A stretch of DNA of 64,000 nucleotides from Felis catus (Eukaryota). Shown piece by piece: positions 50,649 to 62,735 of this stretch. The stretch covers positions 236,346,001-236,410,000 of the forward strand of contig NC_058368.1 in the NCBI RefSeq assembly GCF_018350175.1. Reading direction: 5' to 3'. A model generated the notes under the pieces. That model was not told where the DNA came from. It saw only the letters and a program-made list of their open reading frames with translations, and did no database searches. The number at the start of each line of letters is the position of its first letter. The first letter of the stretch is position 1. Position numbers and translations under genes: made by a program.

Positions 50649-51934
50649 TTGCAGGTGTGTCTGCCTCAGGTGGACGGGCTGGGGATGCTGTAGGCAGCAA
50701 GCAGGAAGTGGAACGTCCTTGTGGTCGGTTGGGGTGCACATTTGGCTTCCTCTGGTTGGTCCGGGGTTGGAAGCAGAGGCAAACAATGGAGAATCGCTGA
50801 ACAAGGCGGGACTTCACTGGGTCCGTTGCTGCCGGGGCCTTGACTACACAAGCTGTGTGTCAGGATGCTACTTCTATGTAGGGTCTGGCCATGGTCCATA
50901 CTTTCCGTTTGTAGATGAAATCTTCAAATCCATGTGGTTTTCTTCTTAAATTAAACAAGTTCTTCTATTTGAAATGAAGAACTTTTTATTGGCCCACATA
51001 AGCAGAGGCAGACAAACACTCGATGAGCACTCAGTAGTCAGAGCTGCTCTGAGCATAAAGATGTTGAGACCTTGCAGGCTGAGCAGCACCTCCTGAGGAT
51101 GTTCGGGACCAGTGGTGTTCTCGTGGGGTTGGTGTGGATTAAAACGCAAGAAGTCTGGAATCTAGGATGTTGAGACAGAGCAGTCTGTAGATGTCCAGCG
51201 TGTCTGTAAAAGTGCCCAAGACAAAAACAGAGAGACGAATGATGTAAGAGGAACAGAAAACTAAGTCATCTAGAATGGTCAAAATCGCCTTTGAGTTAGT
51301 GGACACGTTTCTGAGATCCGTGGAGCCGGGGAACCTCATGGCACGAATCAACAATCCAGGACTGGAGGAAGCTGGGAACACAAGGCCAGGGATATTCTTT
51401 TAAAGTGTGAGCAGAACAATGGATTCTAGCGAAAGCCAGTTTTACAGTATTGATGGTGACTGTACATGTCCTCATCTGCTTATAAAAAATGGGATAATTT
51501 CACCCAGCTTGCAAATGACTCTTGTCCTCCCTTCTACCATGCAGCTGCGGTGTCCCTGCTAGTCTGTTCTCACGGCCCATTTTGTGGGAACCACTTGTCG
51601 GAATGTGTGGACATCGTTAAACCGCCTACGGCTTCCTGGTTGGGGCCAGCCAGCCGTCACCATGTACAGCTCCTCCCGTGGTGACACGGGACTCTACACG
51701 CCTCCCCTGTGCAGGGCTTTTGGCTCAACCATCAGGGATCTTGTATTTCACTCTGTACTTCTTTATCTTTTGTGCAGAGCTAGGGTTAAGAGTGGATTCC
51801 TTTGTTCAATATCAGATAAAAGGTCCAAGGTGAGCATCACACTGGCACATCCTCTTACAAATATCTGAGCACGCTTAATATTACATTTGTAAGTCATTGA
51901 CTAAGATGACTAAGTGGAAACTTGCCTACATCAT

Positions 51935-52030
51935 CCTTTATTTCATCGTTTCTTGTATCATTACATAATTATCTATTGAGCGCTCGCTATGTGCTAGGCA
52001 CTGTCCTAAGTGCTAGGAGTTTAGCTGTCA
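51935..52030 (-). mobile_element. L2 3' terminus
   Basis: tattgagcgctcgctatgtgctaggcactgtcctaagtgctagg. Confidence 0.8.
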
Positions 52031-52567
52031 GCTACAGTCCCGGTGCTACACTCCAGCTCCCAGTCGCACGTCAGAAAGGAGTAGAGAGCTTTGCTTCCAA
52101 CTTAACCAGGAGAGGAAGCCAGCTGATCCACAGTCATGAATTTTATGCAGGCCATGTGAGAGAGCTGATGTAGCGAGGCAACCAAGGAACCAAAATCCCA
52201 AAGAGAAACAGATGCCTCCGAGGAGAGGCGAGACAGGAGATCTCAGTCGCCCTTTTGTAGAGTGTGGGAGAAAGAGGGGCTCCGTTTCAGTGGATACCAA
52301 GAAATTAGGTACAATTGCAAAAAAAGAATCTTCTGACCATCGCTGGCTGCTGTGTTAGCCCGGAATAGCTGAGAGTCTCGAGAAAGTGTGTGCACTCGCT
52401 TGGAAGCATTTGCCACAGATCTTTGTCATGGGCTCAGAAGAGAAACTGAGGACAGGGCAGGAGGGCTGAGGCAGGAGAAACTGAGGATGCGGGAGGTCCC
52501 TAGAAGCTCCTGGAGGACAAGTATGGAGACGGACCAAAGGTACAGAGCAGTTGAAAGCCACATTTCT

Positions 52568-52792
52568 TTTTTTTAATTGTATTTCTAAATTTATTTATTT
52601 ATTTTGAGAGAGTACACAGGATGGGGAGAGAGAGGATGGGAGAGAGAGGCAGAGAGAGAGAAAATCCCAAGCAGTCTCTGCACCATCAGCATGGAGCCCG
52701 ATGTGGGGCTCGAACTCATAAACTGTGAGATCATGACCTGAGCCAAAACCAAGAGTCACACACTTGACTGATTGAACAACCCAGGTGCCCCC
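52568..52792 (-). mobile_element. Can-SINE
   Basis: Perfect 14-bp TSD aaagccacatttct at 52554-52567 and 52793-52806. Confidence 0.96.
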
Positions 52793-54131
52793 AAAGCCAC
52801 ATTTCTAAAAATGTTTCTCGGTACCTTCATGGTGTGGAGAGATCATTTCCCCCGAAGCTGTGAGGTGGGGAGAACAATTGTATTACTGTAAACAGTATGG
52901 AGTAAGGATGCACAGATATTCGGAGATTTCATACCCAGTCGGTCGCTTAAATCACATCATTCACCCGAAATGATGCAAAAGCCCAGAGGGCTTGCACAGG
53001 CCACATGTACGTTCAAGCAAGACTAACACCCAGTTCCGATCTGCGGTCATCACCTTTGCTTCAAGTGACCACACTGCTCCGTAGGATAGGCTTAGGCCTG
53101 GCCACTGCCGGGGAACTGAGGTCCCCTCCTCAGTGATCTCCTTGCTGCCCGCAGTGTTGCTGAAGTCATCCAGGGGCCCCGAGGGGGTGATCCTGTCCTT
53201 AGTCCTCGACCAGGGCTGTGTTCTCACTTCCTCCCCGCACGCCCTTGCTGGGTGGGGGCTCCCACCCTGGGGTAACAGCAATAGACCGACACCTGGCACT
53301 TCACATTGACCATCATTAGTCATTAGATTAGAGCATTGTTAGACTGTGTTGGTTTACACACTCAGTGTGGGAAGGAAGGCACTGCATGCCGGCCACGGAG
53401 ACAGCAAAGCAGCGGGTGCTGGCGGGGTGAGGACCCCCCCATGCACTGTGCTCGGTACGTCTGGATAATTCCATGGGCTGGCAGGGGATTGACAACTCCA
53501 GGGGACACAGGAAGAATTCTTGGTCTGCTCAATAAGCATGGTTGTTTGGCCGGAACTTTACCTGCTGGAGTGAGGAAGGAAGGGATTTGTGGTTGAAACA
53601 GTCACACAGGCTTTACCGGGGACCAAGGTGGCACCTAGTACCGACTGTAGTTGTAGGCTCCCATCGCAGGCTCCCAAGGCTTCAGGAGTAAGGAGCCACT
53701 GCAGGAATGTTGAGTCAAGAACAGCTCTCCTGTCTGCCATCTTGTTCTGCTGGAATCGATTCTCCTTTCTTCCCTTTGACAATTCCGGATTATGCCTTGG
53801 GAAGTGCTTCTTCCAAAATCTGAAACCCTTCAAGTTCTGATGATACTCTCTTCCTCAGGTCATGGGACCATGATTTGCCTACCATGCCCAGTGACTTCAG
53901 GGGCCCGCACCCTTCTTGAGGAGGTCACCACCATCATCAGCCCAGATGATGGTAAAAGTCCTCAGATAATTTCAGGGCGTCCACACCTACCCTTCTGATA
54001 CAGCCAAATCCAAGACTGAATGAAAATTTTCTGGCCCATCTCTCACTGGAGAAGAGACATAATAAATATTTAAGTAAAACATGTCATTCCATTCTATATG
54101 ATTCCCACTCACTAATGATAAAACAGAGCCA

Positions 54132-54369
54132 GGGCACCTGGGGCGGGGGTTGAAGGTCAGTTGAGCGTCCGACTCTGGATTTCGGCTCAGTTCATGATCT
54201 CATGGTTTGTGAGTTCGAGCCCCGTGTTCTGCTCTGGGCTGGCAGCGTGGAACCTGCTTGGGATTCTCTCTCTTCCTCTTTCTGCCCCTCGCCCACATGA
54301 GCTTTCTCTCTCTCTCTTCGAAAACAAATAAAATAACATTTAAAAAAAGAAAAAAAAAAGGAAAAAAAA
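54132..54369 (+). mobile_element. Can-SINE with an altered A-box region
   Basis: TSD aaaacagagcca / aaaacggggcca and a long A tail. Confidence 0.94.
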
Positions 54370-54519
54370 AAAACGGGGCCATAAAAGTAGGCGGGTGGGA
54401 TATATATGACCTTCCTGCTGTTAAAAGTTAAAGTCACTCTAAGGTTTCCTATTTTTCTAGTTGCTGCACACATCGGTCAATAATCACAACTTGCAAATGT
54501 AAAACACGTACAATATCAC

Positions 54520-54940
54520 AGTCACTTAATCTATCCCCCCTCCTTGCAGTGAGCACACCACAAGAAAACCTTAGCTGAAAACGTTTTGTGTGTTGAGGAG
54601 TTTCTGGGTTAGCGGGTGGGAGTGGCGTTTTCTGCAGACTTTGTCTGCTGACGTCACCTGGAGTCACATGGCTGGTGGCCGGAGCCTAGGTGCTCCTCGG
54701 TGGCCTCGCTCACCTGTCAAGGGTTGGTGTTGGCTGTTGATGGGCCACGTGTCTCCGGAAGAAAAGCCAGGGTCCTCCTTACCTGGCAGTTGGTTTCAAA
54801 GCCAGAAGCTTCATGGTCTCTTGCTACCCATGCCTGGCAGGTAGGTCACTTCTCTCCAAGTCCGATGTCCCGACAGATCCCGCGGCTTTACGGGAGCAGC
54901 CGAAATGTGGATGATCTTTGGGTTACCGCCTTTAATTTCA
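54520..54940 (-). mobile_element. Old MaLR LTR fragment (MLT1-type)
   Basis: tggcctcgctcacctgtc...ttggtgttggctgttgatgggccacgtgtctc. Confidence 0.5.
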
Positions 54941-55294
54941 GGGAAACAAAGTTTAACAAGTCGCTGAAGTCGTGACTCCATCCAAACGGTACAGTACAGG
55001 CTCTGACATTATTTCTCTGGATGTCCGTGGCTCATCTCAAACTCAACAGATTTTTTTAAAATTAAATGTTGATCTCTTCAAATATTTAACGTAACATCTT
55101 AATAAATAAAAGATTACAGTCCTTATTCCACAAAGGGACCTATCACTGTTTTCTAGCTGGTTATGCCTTTAGTTTTATGCTGCCCATCTGGCAAGTGTCT
55201 GTCTGAGTGCTTTAGAAGCCAGAACAAAGTCGAATTTAAATTGACAGAAGCCTGGAATCTTTGAGTCAGGCTTCCCTTTCAGCAAAAGGGGGCA

Positions 55295-55520
55295 GGGCAG
55301 CGTAGCTTTTAAAGTGTGGATTTTGAGCCCGACAAAACGTAAGCTTTCATGCCTGAAATTCATGAATCGTGTGATCTTGAAACCATTAAATGACCTTTAC
55401 TAGCTCCTCCTTGAAATGGGCATAGTGATGTTTGTGCACGTGATTGTCGGGGGTTTTGAGTATGAACCACCCCACAGCGTCAGGGTTGGTGCGTCGGGCA
55501 CCAGGAGAGTTGATGCAGAC
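55295..55520 (+). mobile_element. MIR
   Basis: ggcagcgtagc...tgtggattttgagcc...tgtgatcttga...gaaatgggcatagtgat. Confidence 0.6.
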
Positions 55521-56324
55521 CCTCACTGAACGCCCTGGACCCGGAGAACTCTGCCGTCAGGGGCTTGTTTTCACAACTGAGCCTCTTAAGTCCCTCGGAA
55601 TTCTCCTGGATTTTGCTTTAATCTCAGGAACTCACGTTGCCCTGGAAGCAGAGTTTGCTCCAGAGTACCAGGAGGCTGGCTGAACTGGGATAACGCCTGT
55701 TCCCCCTCTCCCCATGCTGGCGGTGGAGTGGTGGCCCCAGGAGCGGGGCACACACGCCGCAGAGGGCACAGGTGGGCACGTCCAGGCCAGGGGTGGGGGC
55801 GCTGTGGGCCCCGTTCCCCACGGCAGCTGCTCACCAGCAATCCTGAATCACTCTGTGGTTTTCTTTGCAAGGAAAGACCCCATAATGCCTTTTACACTGC
55901 CTTCCACCTGAACTAAGGGGTGAATAAAACTCCTAAAACACTTTCCCACGATGACATTATCAGCTAACCATTTTAACTGTGTCTGCAAAAGCAAAACCCC
56001 TCAACTTTTATGTTTCACATATGTTCTGTTTACTGTGTTTTGTTTGCTCGTTTTAGCTCATGGCACTGCCTGGGATCACCAACACTAGGAACCGGGGAAC
56101 ATTAGGGGCCTTCCTAGCCTTGTGTCTCTCCTTGCGCGTTTTGAGGGAAGGACATCATCTCTCTTTCCCCTGTCGGTGTCACCGAGGTAGAACCGACCCT
56201 TGGCACCCTGAAAGTTCTGGAGGACAGCACAGTGACACGACCGATCTGCTCTGAGCCGTGAGGACGACGGTGAGTTTCCTTAACACCCACCACCTGACAC
56301 AGATACAAAGAAAAAGAATAGGTG

Positions 56325-56481
56325 TTTTATTATGTTTTCTTTTCGCTGGTGATGAGAACTCTTAGGATCTAGCCCTTTAGCAACTTTCACACGAGTCATC
56401 GTGAATGATGGTCGTCGCGACGTCCACGGCATCCCGACACCCCCGGCGACTTAGCGACACCTTGTGAGTTTGTACCATTTG
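56325..56481 (-). mobile_element. Short L1 3'-end fragment (L1MA/L1_Carn-type), GC-shifted
   Basis: gtgatgagaactcttaggatctagccctttagcaactttca...agtttgtaccatttg. Confidence 0.75.
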
Positions 56482-57554
56482 GAGGAGATCACTTTATGTG
56501 TCTTCCGGGGAAAATGCCTGCTTTCGCCCCCAAGAACTAACAGGTGTCAACGATTTGAACTTCACCATGGAACTGTGTTGAAAAAAGAGAATGTTATGGT
56601 GTTTCTCCAAACGATAATGCAGCCGAAACAATTAAATTAAATGCTGTGTGTAGAACCACAGACCGTCGGGAAAAGTGGTGGTGCTCAGACATAGCTCTCT
56701 CTCCTCACCCCTCCACTGTGAGTGGAAATGTCCTGCCCTCTGACCTTCAAATTTAACTCAACACTGCTGCTTTTATTAAAAGGGGCCCCTTCCCTGGGCT
56801 TTGCCTCTCCGATGACCTCACTCCAGCGGCATCCAGCTCTGTCCCTGCCCACGAGGCTAGCATGCACCCCTCTTCCAGACGTACCCTCATACACAAAACC
56901 CCAGAATTCGTTCCTGAGTGACCCAGATCTACTTCTCGGCCCTGTACAGGATTCCTTCCTGGGTCCAGCCCTGGGCGGATTTTGCAGCCAAGGTGTGTGC
57001 CCGCGAGCCAGGCCCGTGGGCACGTGGCCGGGATGGCCACGCCTGTGTGCAGGGAGTCCTCCCTGGGCCTGCTGTCACTGCAGTGGGAAGAGACGAGCCA
57101 CAGGCCAGGCTGCGGTCCCCACCTCTGCTCGCCCTTTTTCTGCATCAGCTTTGAAACCGGGCTGTGTTGCTCCTTGTGAGGATGTGACTGGAAAGGCTGA
57201 AAGATACAGCACATAATTAAAAATAACCTGTTGGCTGGATTGACTAACTGATAAATATTTATCTAGGTGCTGCGTGGGTGGGCTCTCTCCCGAGTGCCTC
57301 CCCCAGGCCCTGCTGGCTGAAGCTTGCCGGTCCCCCCACGCCTCTGCCCCAGGCCTCATGGCCCCTCAGTCCTGTGCTCCCAAACACACAGGGGACCGGC
57401 CCGCCCGCACACACGGGCTACCTCCTCTCACCCGGAAAACCTCCCAGCGGTCAGTCCTTCTCTGTCCCTGCACCACAGCAAGAGTCCCATCACGCCTTTT
57501 CCACCCCCTGAATTTCTCCCTGGTTTCGCATCACTTTTTTTTTTCTCTTTTAAC

Positions 57555-58215
57555 AGTTTAATGCATGTTTGTGATTATTTTAGGTTTGAAGAAAAGTCGC
57601 CAAGAGAGCAGTGTCCATATGCTCTGCCCCAACACGAACCTCTCACGTTAGTGTGAGGCCTTTGGCACAACTCAAGGCTCTGATACGTTATTGTTATTAT
57701 CATCGAATAAATGGTGTGCTTCATCCAGATTTCCTCGGGTTTTACCTGACGTCGCCGTTGTGTCCCAGGGAGCCACCCAAGACATCACAGGGCACGTAGG
57801 CGTCCTGTCTCCTCGGTGGCCCTTGGCTGTGATTGTCACTCTGTCCATGCTTTGGGTGCTCCTGACGGTCCTGAGGGCAAACGGTCAGGGGTTTTGTAGA
57901 ACGTCCTCTCCACTGGGAGATGTTTTTCTCCTGACTAGGCTGGGGTTGTGGGCTCCGCCCCCACAGAGGGGAAGTGTCTTCCTCGTCACGTCACGTCCAG
58001 AGGCAGTGCTGTCGGTGGAAGAGGTCACCACTGGTGTTGGCTGTGATGGCCGGGCTGAGGTCCTGTCTGCGCGGCTCCTGTAACTTGCGACTCTCTTCCC
58101 CTTCCATGCTGTGCTCTTTGGACACGAGTCATGAAGGACAGCCCGCACGTACATATGGGGACTCATCTCTACCTCCTGAGAGCGGAGTATCTGCACAAAT
58201 TATTGGGAGGTCTCC
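57555..58215 (-). mobile_element. Old L1 (L1MC-type) 3'UTR, GC-shifted
   Basis: ggtcaggggttttgtagaacgtcc, gatgtttttctcctgactaggctggggttgtggg and gagtatctgcacaaattattggga. Homologous to 4790-5415 in the opposite orientation. Confidence 0.82.
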
Positions 58216-59324
58216 TATATTAAGATTAGTTGACCAAAAAAAAAAAAAAACTAAAAAAACAAACCCAAAACAAAGGCTGTTTTTCTCTTCCTCTTCTCAT
58301 CTCTTTTGAGGGTTATATAAAGGCTCCTCTTGTAGGAAATGAAGCCACAGACGGTTCAGCCCTGCTCACCTCCCCGATCTCTTTTCCTTCCACACTCCCT
58401 GTGCTCACCGCTACTCTGGGCGACACTGGTGTGTCGATGCCCCTCACGGAGCTGGCCCCATCTGAAGACTGCAGCCCAGCTGGAAGTCCCCTCTGTGAAT
58501 GCTCTCTGGTCACTGTGCAAGGCCCCGGACCGAGGAGGACACCACCCAACATGTTCCAACACATTACACTCTTGATCTTGTATATGCAATTAGAGTGTGA
58601 TAGGATACATTCTCTATAAGATGTCAAAGCATCGACTTGCCTGAAATTCAGAGAAGATACTATTCTCAGAAGAACATTCTCAAATGCGTCGTACTTGATT
58701 TTTTTGAGGGGGGTTGTCATTTCCATTATGTCCAGATCTTGTGTAAATAATATATTTTCCCTGCTTCTTTCTTAACGCATGAGACTGAGATATTCACAAG
58801 TCAATCGGAAAGCAGTCATCCAAAGATAGTTTGTGTGCTCCCACGATCCTAAACTTTGGGGAAGTAACTAACCCTAAGACCCCATGAATTGGCATTAAAT
58901 ATTGGTCAGTTAACAACGTAATGCAAGTAGTGTATTAATCATATCTGTAGTTTTTACCTCTTACACTTAATTTTATTTATGTATAGAAACATTTAACCAA
59001 AGATTAGAAATTGTACATCCTCCACTGCCTGGGGTAACCACTTTTAACAAGATTGTATATGTCCTTTTGGGCACATTTTCTCTGCACATTTTTTGCACAT
59101 ATTTGAAGAATAAGAAATGCTGTTCAGAGCAATTTTGTTCTACTTGTAAAGTGCAAGAGACAAGATGGAAGTATTAACTGAGAAGCACTTTCCTTTCAGG
59201 GAACATGCCTACCACCAAGCTTTGAGCTGAATATTTGGTGACAAACCCTTTACATTCAAACCTCCAGACAACTGCATTTGCAAATCAGCAATTATTATTA
59301 TTTTTTAAGACTAGGGAGTGATTA

Positions 59325-59537
59325 GGGGCGCCTGGGTGGCTCAGTCGGTTAAGCGTCCGACTTCGGCTCAGGTCACGATCTCGCGGTCCGCAAGTTCGAG
59401 CCCCGCATCGGGCTCTGGGCTGATGGCTCGGAGCCTGGAGCCTGCTTCCGATTCTGTGTCTCTCTGCCCCTCCCCCGTTCATGCTGTGTCTCTCTCTGTC
59501 TCAAAAATAAATAAACGTTAAAAAAAATTAAAAAAAA
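59325..59537 (+). mobile_element. Can-SINE, young felid-type (SINEC_Fc-like)
   Basis: CpG-rich with intact A/B boxes and gggctctgggctgatggctc. TSD aagactagggagtgatta / aaggctaggtagtgatta. Confidence 0.97.
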
Positions 59538-60776
59538 AAGGCTAGGTAGTGATTAGAAAATTCATTTTAATCTGGCATTTAGTAAAGAGGTTTTTTGTTT
59601 TGCCAGCTTATGTGTCATTACTAGATGCTTTCCATTTTTGTGTCCAGAAGACACGATGAAGTTGTGAAAGTTAACTCAAAATTTTCATCCGCAAAAGCCT
59701 AGAGGGTTACGTTCTCTGTTTGGAAACTTAGAAGAGCCAGTGGTCAATGTTTACAAGTCACGCTCTACGTTAGAGCAAAGAAAATGTTCAGGTCCAATTT
59801 TGCTCTACCTTACTGATGTGGACAGATCTAAAATCTGTATGATGCCATGGAAATGCATTCGATTCCTTTTAGGAAGTCAGCTTCACCAACAGAGTCATTG
59901 GTTTCTGTTATAAATATGGTAAAAGTACATCATTTTATTTACCCAATAAAATGGTGGAAAGCGGTAGATGAGTTTTCTAGATGATCATCTGCACCTGATG
60001 TGGGAGGCGCTGACGGGGTGCCCTCCCTGCCCCTCCCTGGCCTCACATGAGCTACAGAAGTATACACCGATCAAAGCTCCCTCGTGAGTCATAAACAGGG
60101 CTGGGGACAAAGATTTTCTTGCACAAATGAAATGAGCGTGGAACGAAATGAAAAGTTCAAACATGATGGATGGGCCATCCCCACTGAAGGTCACATTGTC
60201 ACCAGCAAACCTACAAAGACCACCGAGAATCGGCCACTTAAAATGTATTAGCCAAAGTGGTGACAAATAACACTTTCTCTCTGAGCCCTGTTCTCCAGCT
60301 TCTAGAGAGGCTGGAGGTGTCTAATGAGTCAAGGTGACACTGAGTGGTTGCCATTGGCTTCTAGGCTGGGCGTGGTGATGATGGTCATTTGCCAAGAGTT
60401 GTGTGAACTTTAGGTGGGAAGCTCCCCGCAGTGTGCCGTTGTCACTCACGGTTGTTGGTGTGGTGTCATCACATCTCCAGGAAAACTACAATGAGTTAAC
60501 AGCGTCAGACCCCAAGATGATGAAGCTAAAAATGATAACCGCAAAGGGGGATGAATCTGGTCAGTTGGAGCTTTGGAAGTCAAGAGAGGTCATTCAGGAA
60601 CAAACGTGGATTTGGTTTTGGACGTACTTATTATTTTTCTTGGTAACATACAAAACTGCTCAGACCCCCTTATCATTGCCGACTTCACCCCCTGATGGTA
60701 TGCAGGAGCTGCAGAATTAGGGCAGGTCTTTGGGACTGAAGGAAGTGAGGGCCTCTCCTAGAAAGGATGTTTTGCC

Positions 60777-61002
60777 GGGGCACCTGGGTGGCTCGGCACC
60801 CAGCTTTGTCTGTCGAAAGTCAGTTAAGTGTCTGACTCTCTATTTCAGCTCAGGTTATGACCTGGTGGTTTGTGAATTCGAGCCCCATGTTGGGCTCTGG
60901 GCTGATGGTGCAGAACCTGTTTGGGATTCTGTCTCTCCTTCTCTCTCTCTTTCACTCTCTCTGTCTCTCTCTCTCTCTCAAAATAAATAAACTTTAAAAA
61001 CA
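60777..61002 (+). mobile_element. Can-SINE with a 23-nt insertion in the A box
   Basis: ggtggctc[ggcacccagctttgtctgtcgaa]agtcagttaag. Confidence 0.94.
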
Positions 61003-61542
61003 AGAAAAGGTGTTTCACCCTGCCAATCCCCAACACATGACTGCTGGGACCCAGGGTCTCCATTGCAGAGTGAATGGTAAAACATGTTGAGGTTGGAAGA
61101 GGCTGGGATCTTCCAGACACAGTTTCTAATTATATATGAATGGGCATTAAAAACAATTCAAAAAAGTGTGAGTTAGTGAAAGGATGCTACTATTTACCTA
61201 CTGATGGGACAGTGAGCAGAGGCATCTCGAAGTAAGAGTGAGCGCATCCATATCACAATGACCCCTTCCTGACAGGGTGGTTCTCATCTGTTCTGAAGCG
61301 CTATGGCCATGACACCTGCCCACATACACACAACCAGTGAAGGATTTGATGTATAGACTGTTCACATGAAGGAAACCTCGTCAGGCATGCTTTCAACTCT
61401 ACTTCAAGTTCGTTTTAATCATCAAGGTCAATTGTTTTACTTAATGTCATCCCTTCTCATGTAGCCGCTGCTCTGTGAAGTGAGGACATGCCCACAGCGT
61501 TCTGGGAAGTCGGACACTCAGAACAAGAAGAAGGCAGAGGTA

Positions 61543-61756
61543 GGGGCACCGAGGTGGCTCAGTTGGTTGAGCCTCTGACTTTGGCTCAAGTCATGATTTC
61601 ACAGTTCGTGAGTTTGAACCCTGCGTCGGGCTCTGTGCAGACACCCTTGGAGCCTGGAGCCTGCTTCGGATTCTGTGTCTCCCTCTCTTTCTGCCCCTCC
61701 CCTGGTTGTGCTCTGTCTCTCTCTTCCTCTCTCAAAAGTAAATAAACATTAAAAAA
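61543..61756 (+). mobile_element. Can-SINE
   Basis: TSD aagaaggcagaggt at 61528-61541 and 61757-61770. Confidence 0.96.
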
Positions 61757-62505
61757 AAGAAGGCAGAGGTGGACAAGATGGAGGGACAAGGGGAAGATGC
61801 ACTGGAAGTCCAGAGAGGGAGGGGAGCCTGTGGTCTCTGAGTCACTGGCGTTTCCTGTTGTACCTGACAGTGGGTAGGGATCCCAGGCATGGGTATGGCA
61901 TTGAAATTCGAGCAAGGGTGAAATGATAGCAACCTTTCCAGACTCCACTTGTTGCCAGGGATGGTTATGCTGCTCAAGGCTGGAGCAATAGACAAGTCAT
62001 GACCCGCTTTGGTTCATCAGTTTCGAAGCTTTGTCTGCCGATCTACAGTCACGGTAAGGAGCGTGTGGACCATGTGGGCTCACTGATACTACTGTCTGAG
62101 TCAACAAGACACGTGTGGAAAACAAAATTTAGCATTTAAAGTTCTTATCCCTAACAGGGACAACTTTTCGCAAAGTCCAAAAGACAAGTTGCCTAAAGAA
62201 TGAGTGCTATATTTATCTATGGAATATTCTTCAATTATTATGATCCTATAAATAACTCCACCAAAGCGTCTCAAAAATAAAAATTATCGAATATTCGATT
62301 CTATTTATTAATACCTATAAATTTCTTTCTGTCCGTTTTAACATTTAAATTACACATACTCATTACCTGCACGATTTTACATATCCTCTAACTTTCTGAA
62401 ATATTTTGATTGCAGGAAATTAGAAGAATTTGCAAATATATTAGATATGTCATGAAATGCAGTCATAACCCATGAATAGCTTGACTGAAATTCATAATCA
62501 AATTT

Positions 62506-62539
62506 ATTTAAAAATTTTTTTAATGTTGATTTTTGAGAC

Positions 62540-62571
<32 letters not shown>

Positions 62572-62735
62572 TGAATGGGGGAGAGGCAGAGAGAGAGAGG
62601 GAGACACAGAAGCCAAAGCAGGCTCCAGGCTCCAAGCTGGCAGAACAGAGCCTGACGCGGGCTGGAACTCACAAACCATGAGATCGTGACCTGAGCAGAA
62701 GTCAGGCCCTTAACCAACTGAACCACTCAGGTGCC
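62506..62735 (-). mobile_element. Can-SINE
   Basis: Canonical body, (GA)n tract and T tail. Confidence 0.96.

Noticed and set aside
50328..50804. Poly-K, poly-E and poly-L ORFs
   Set aside because: They are translations of the GAA/GGA repeat in different frames.
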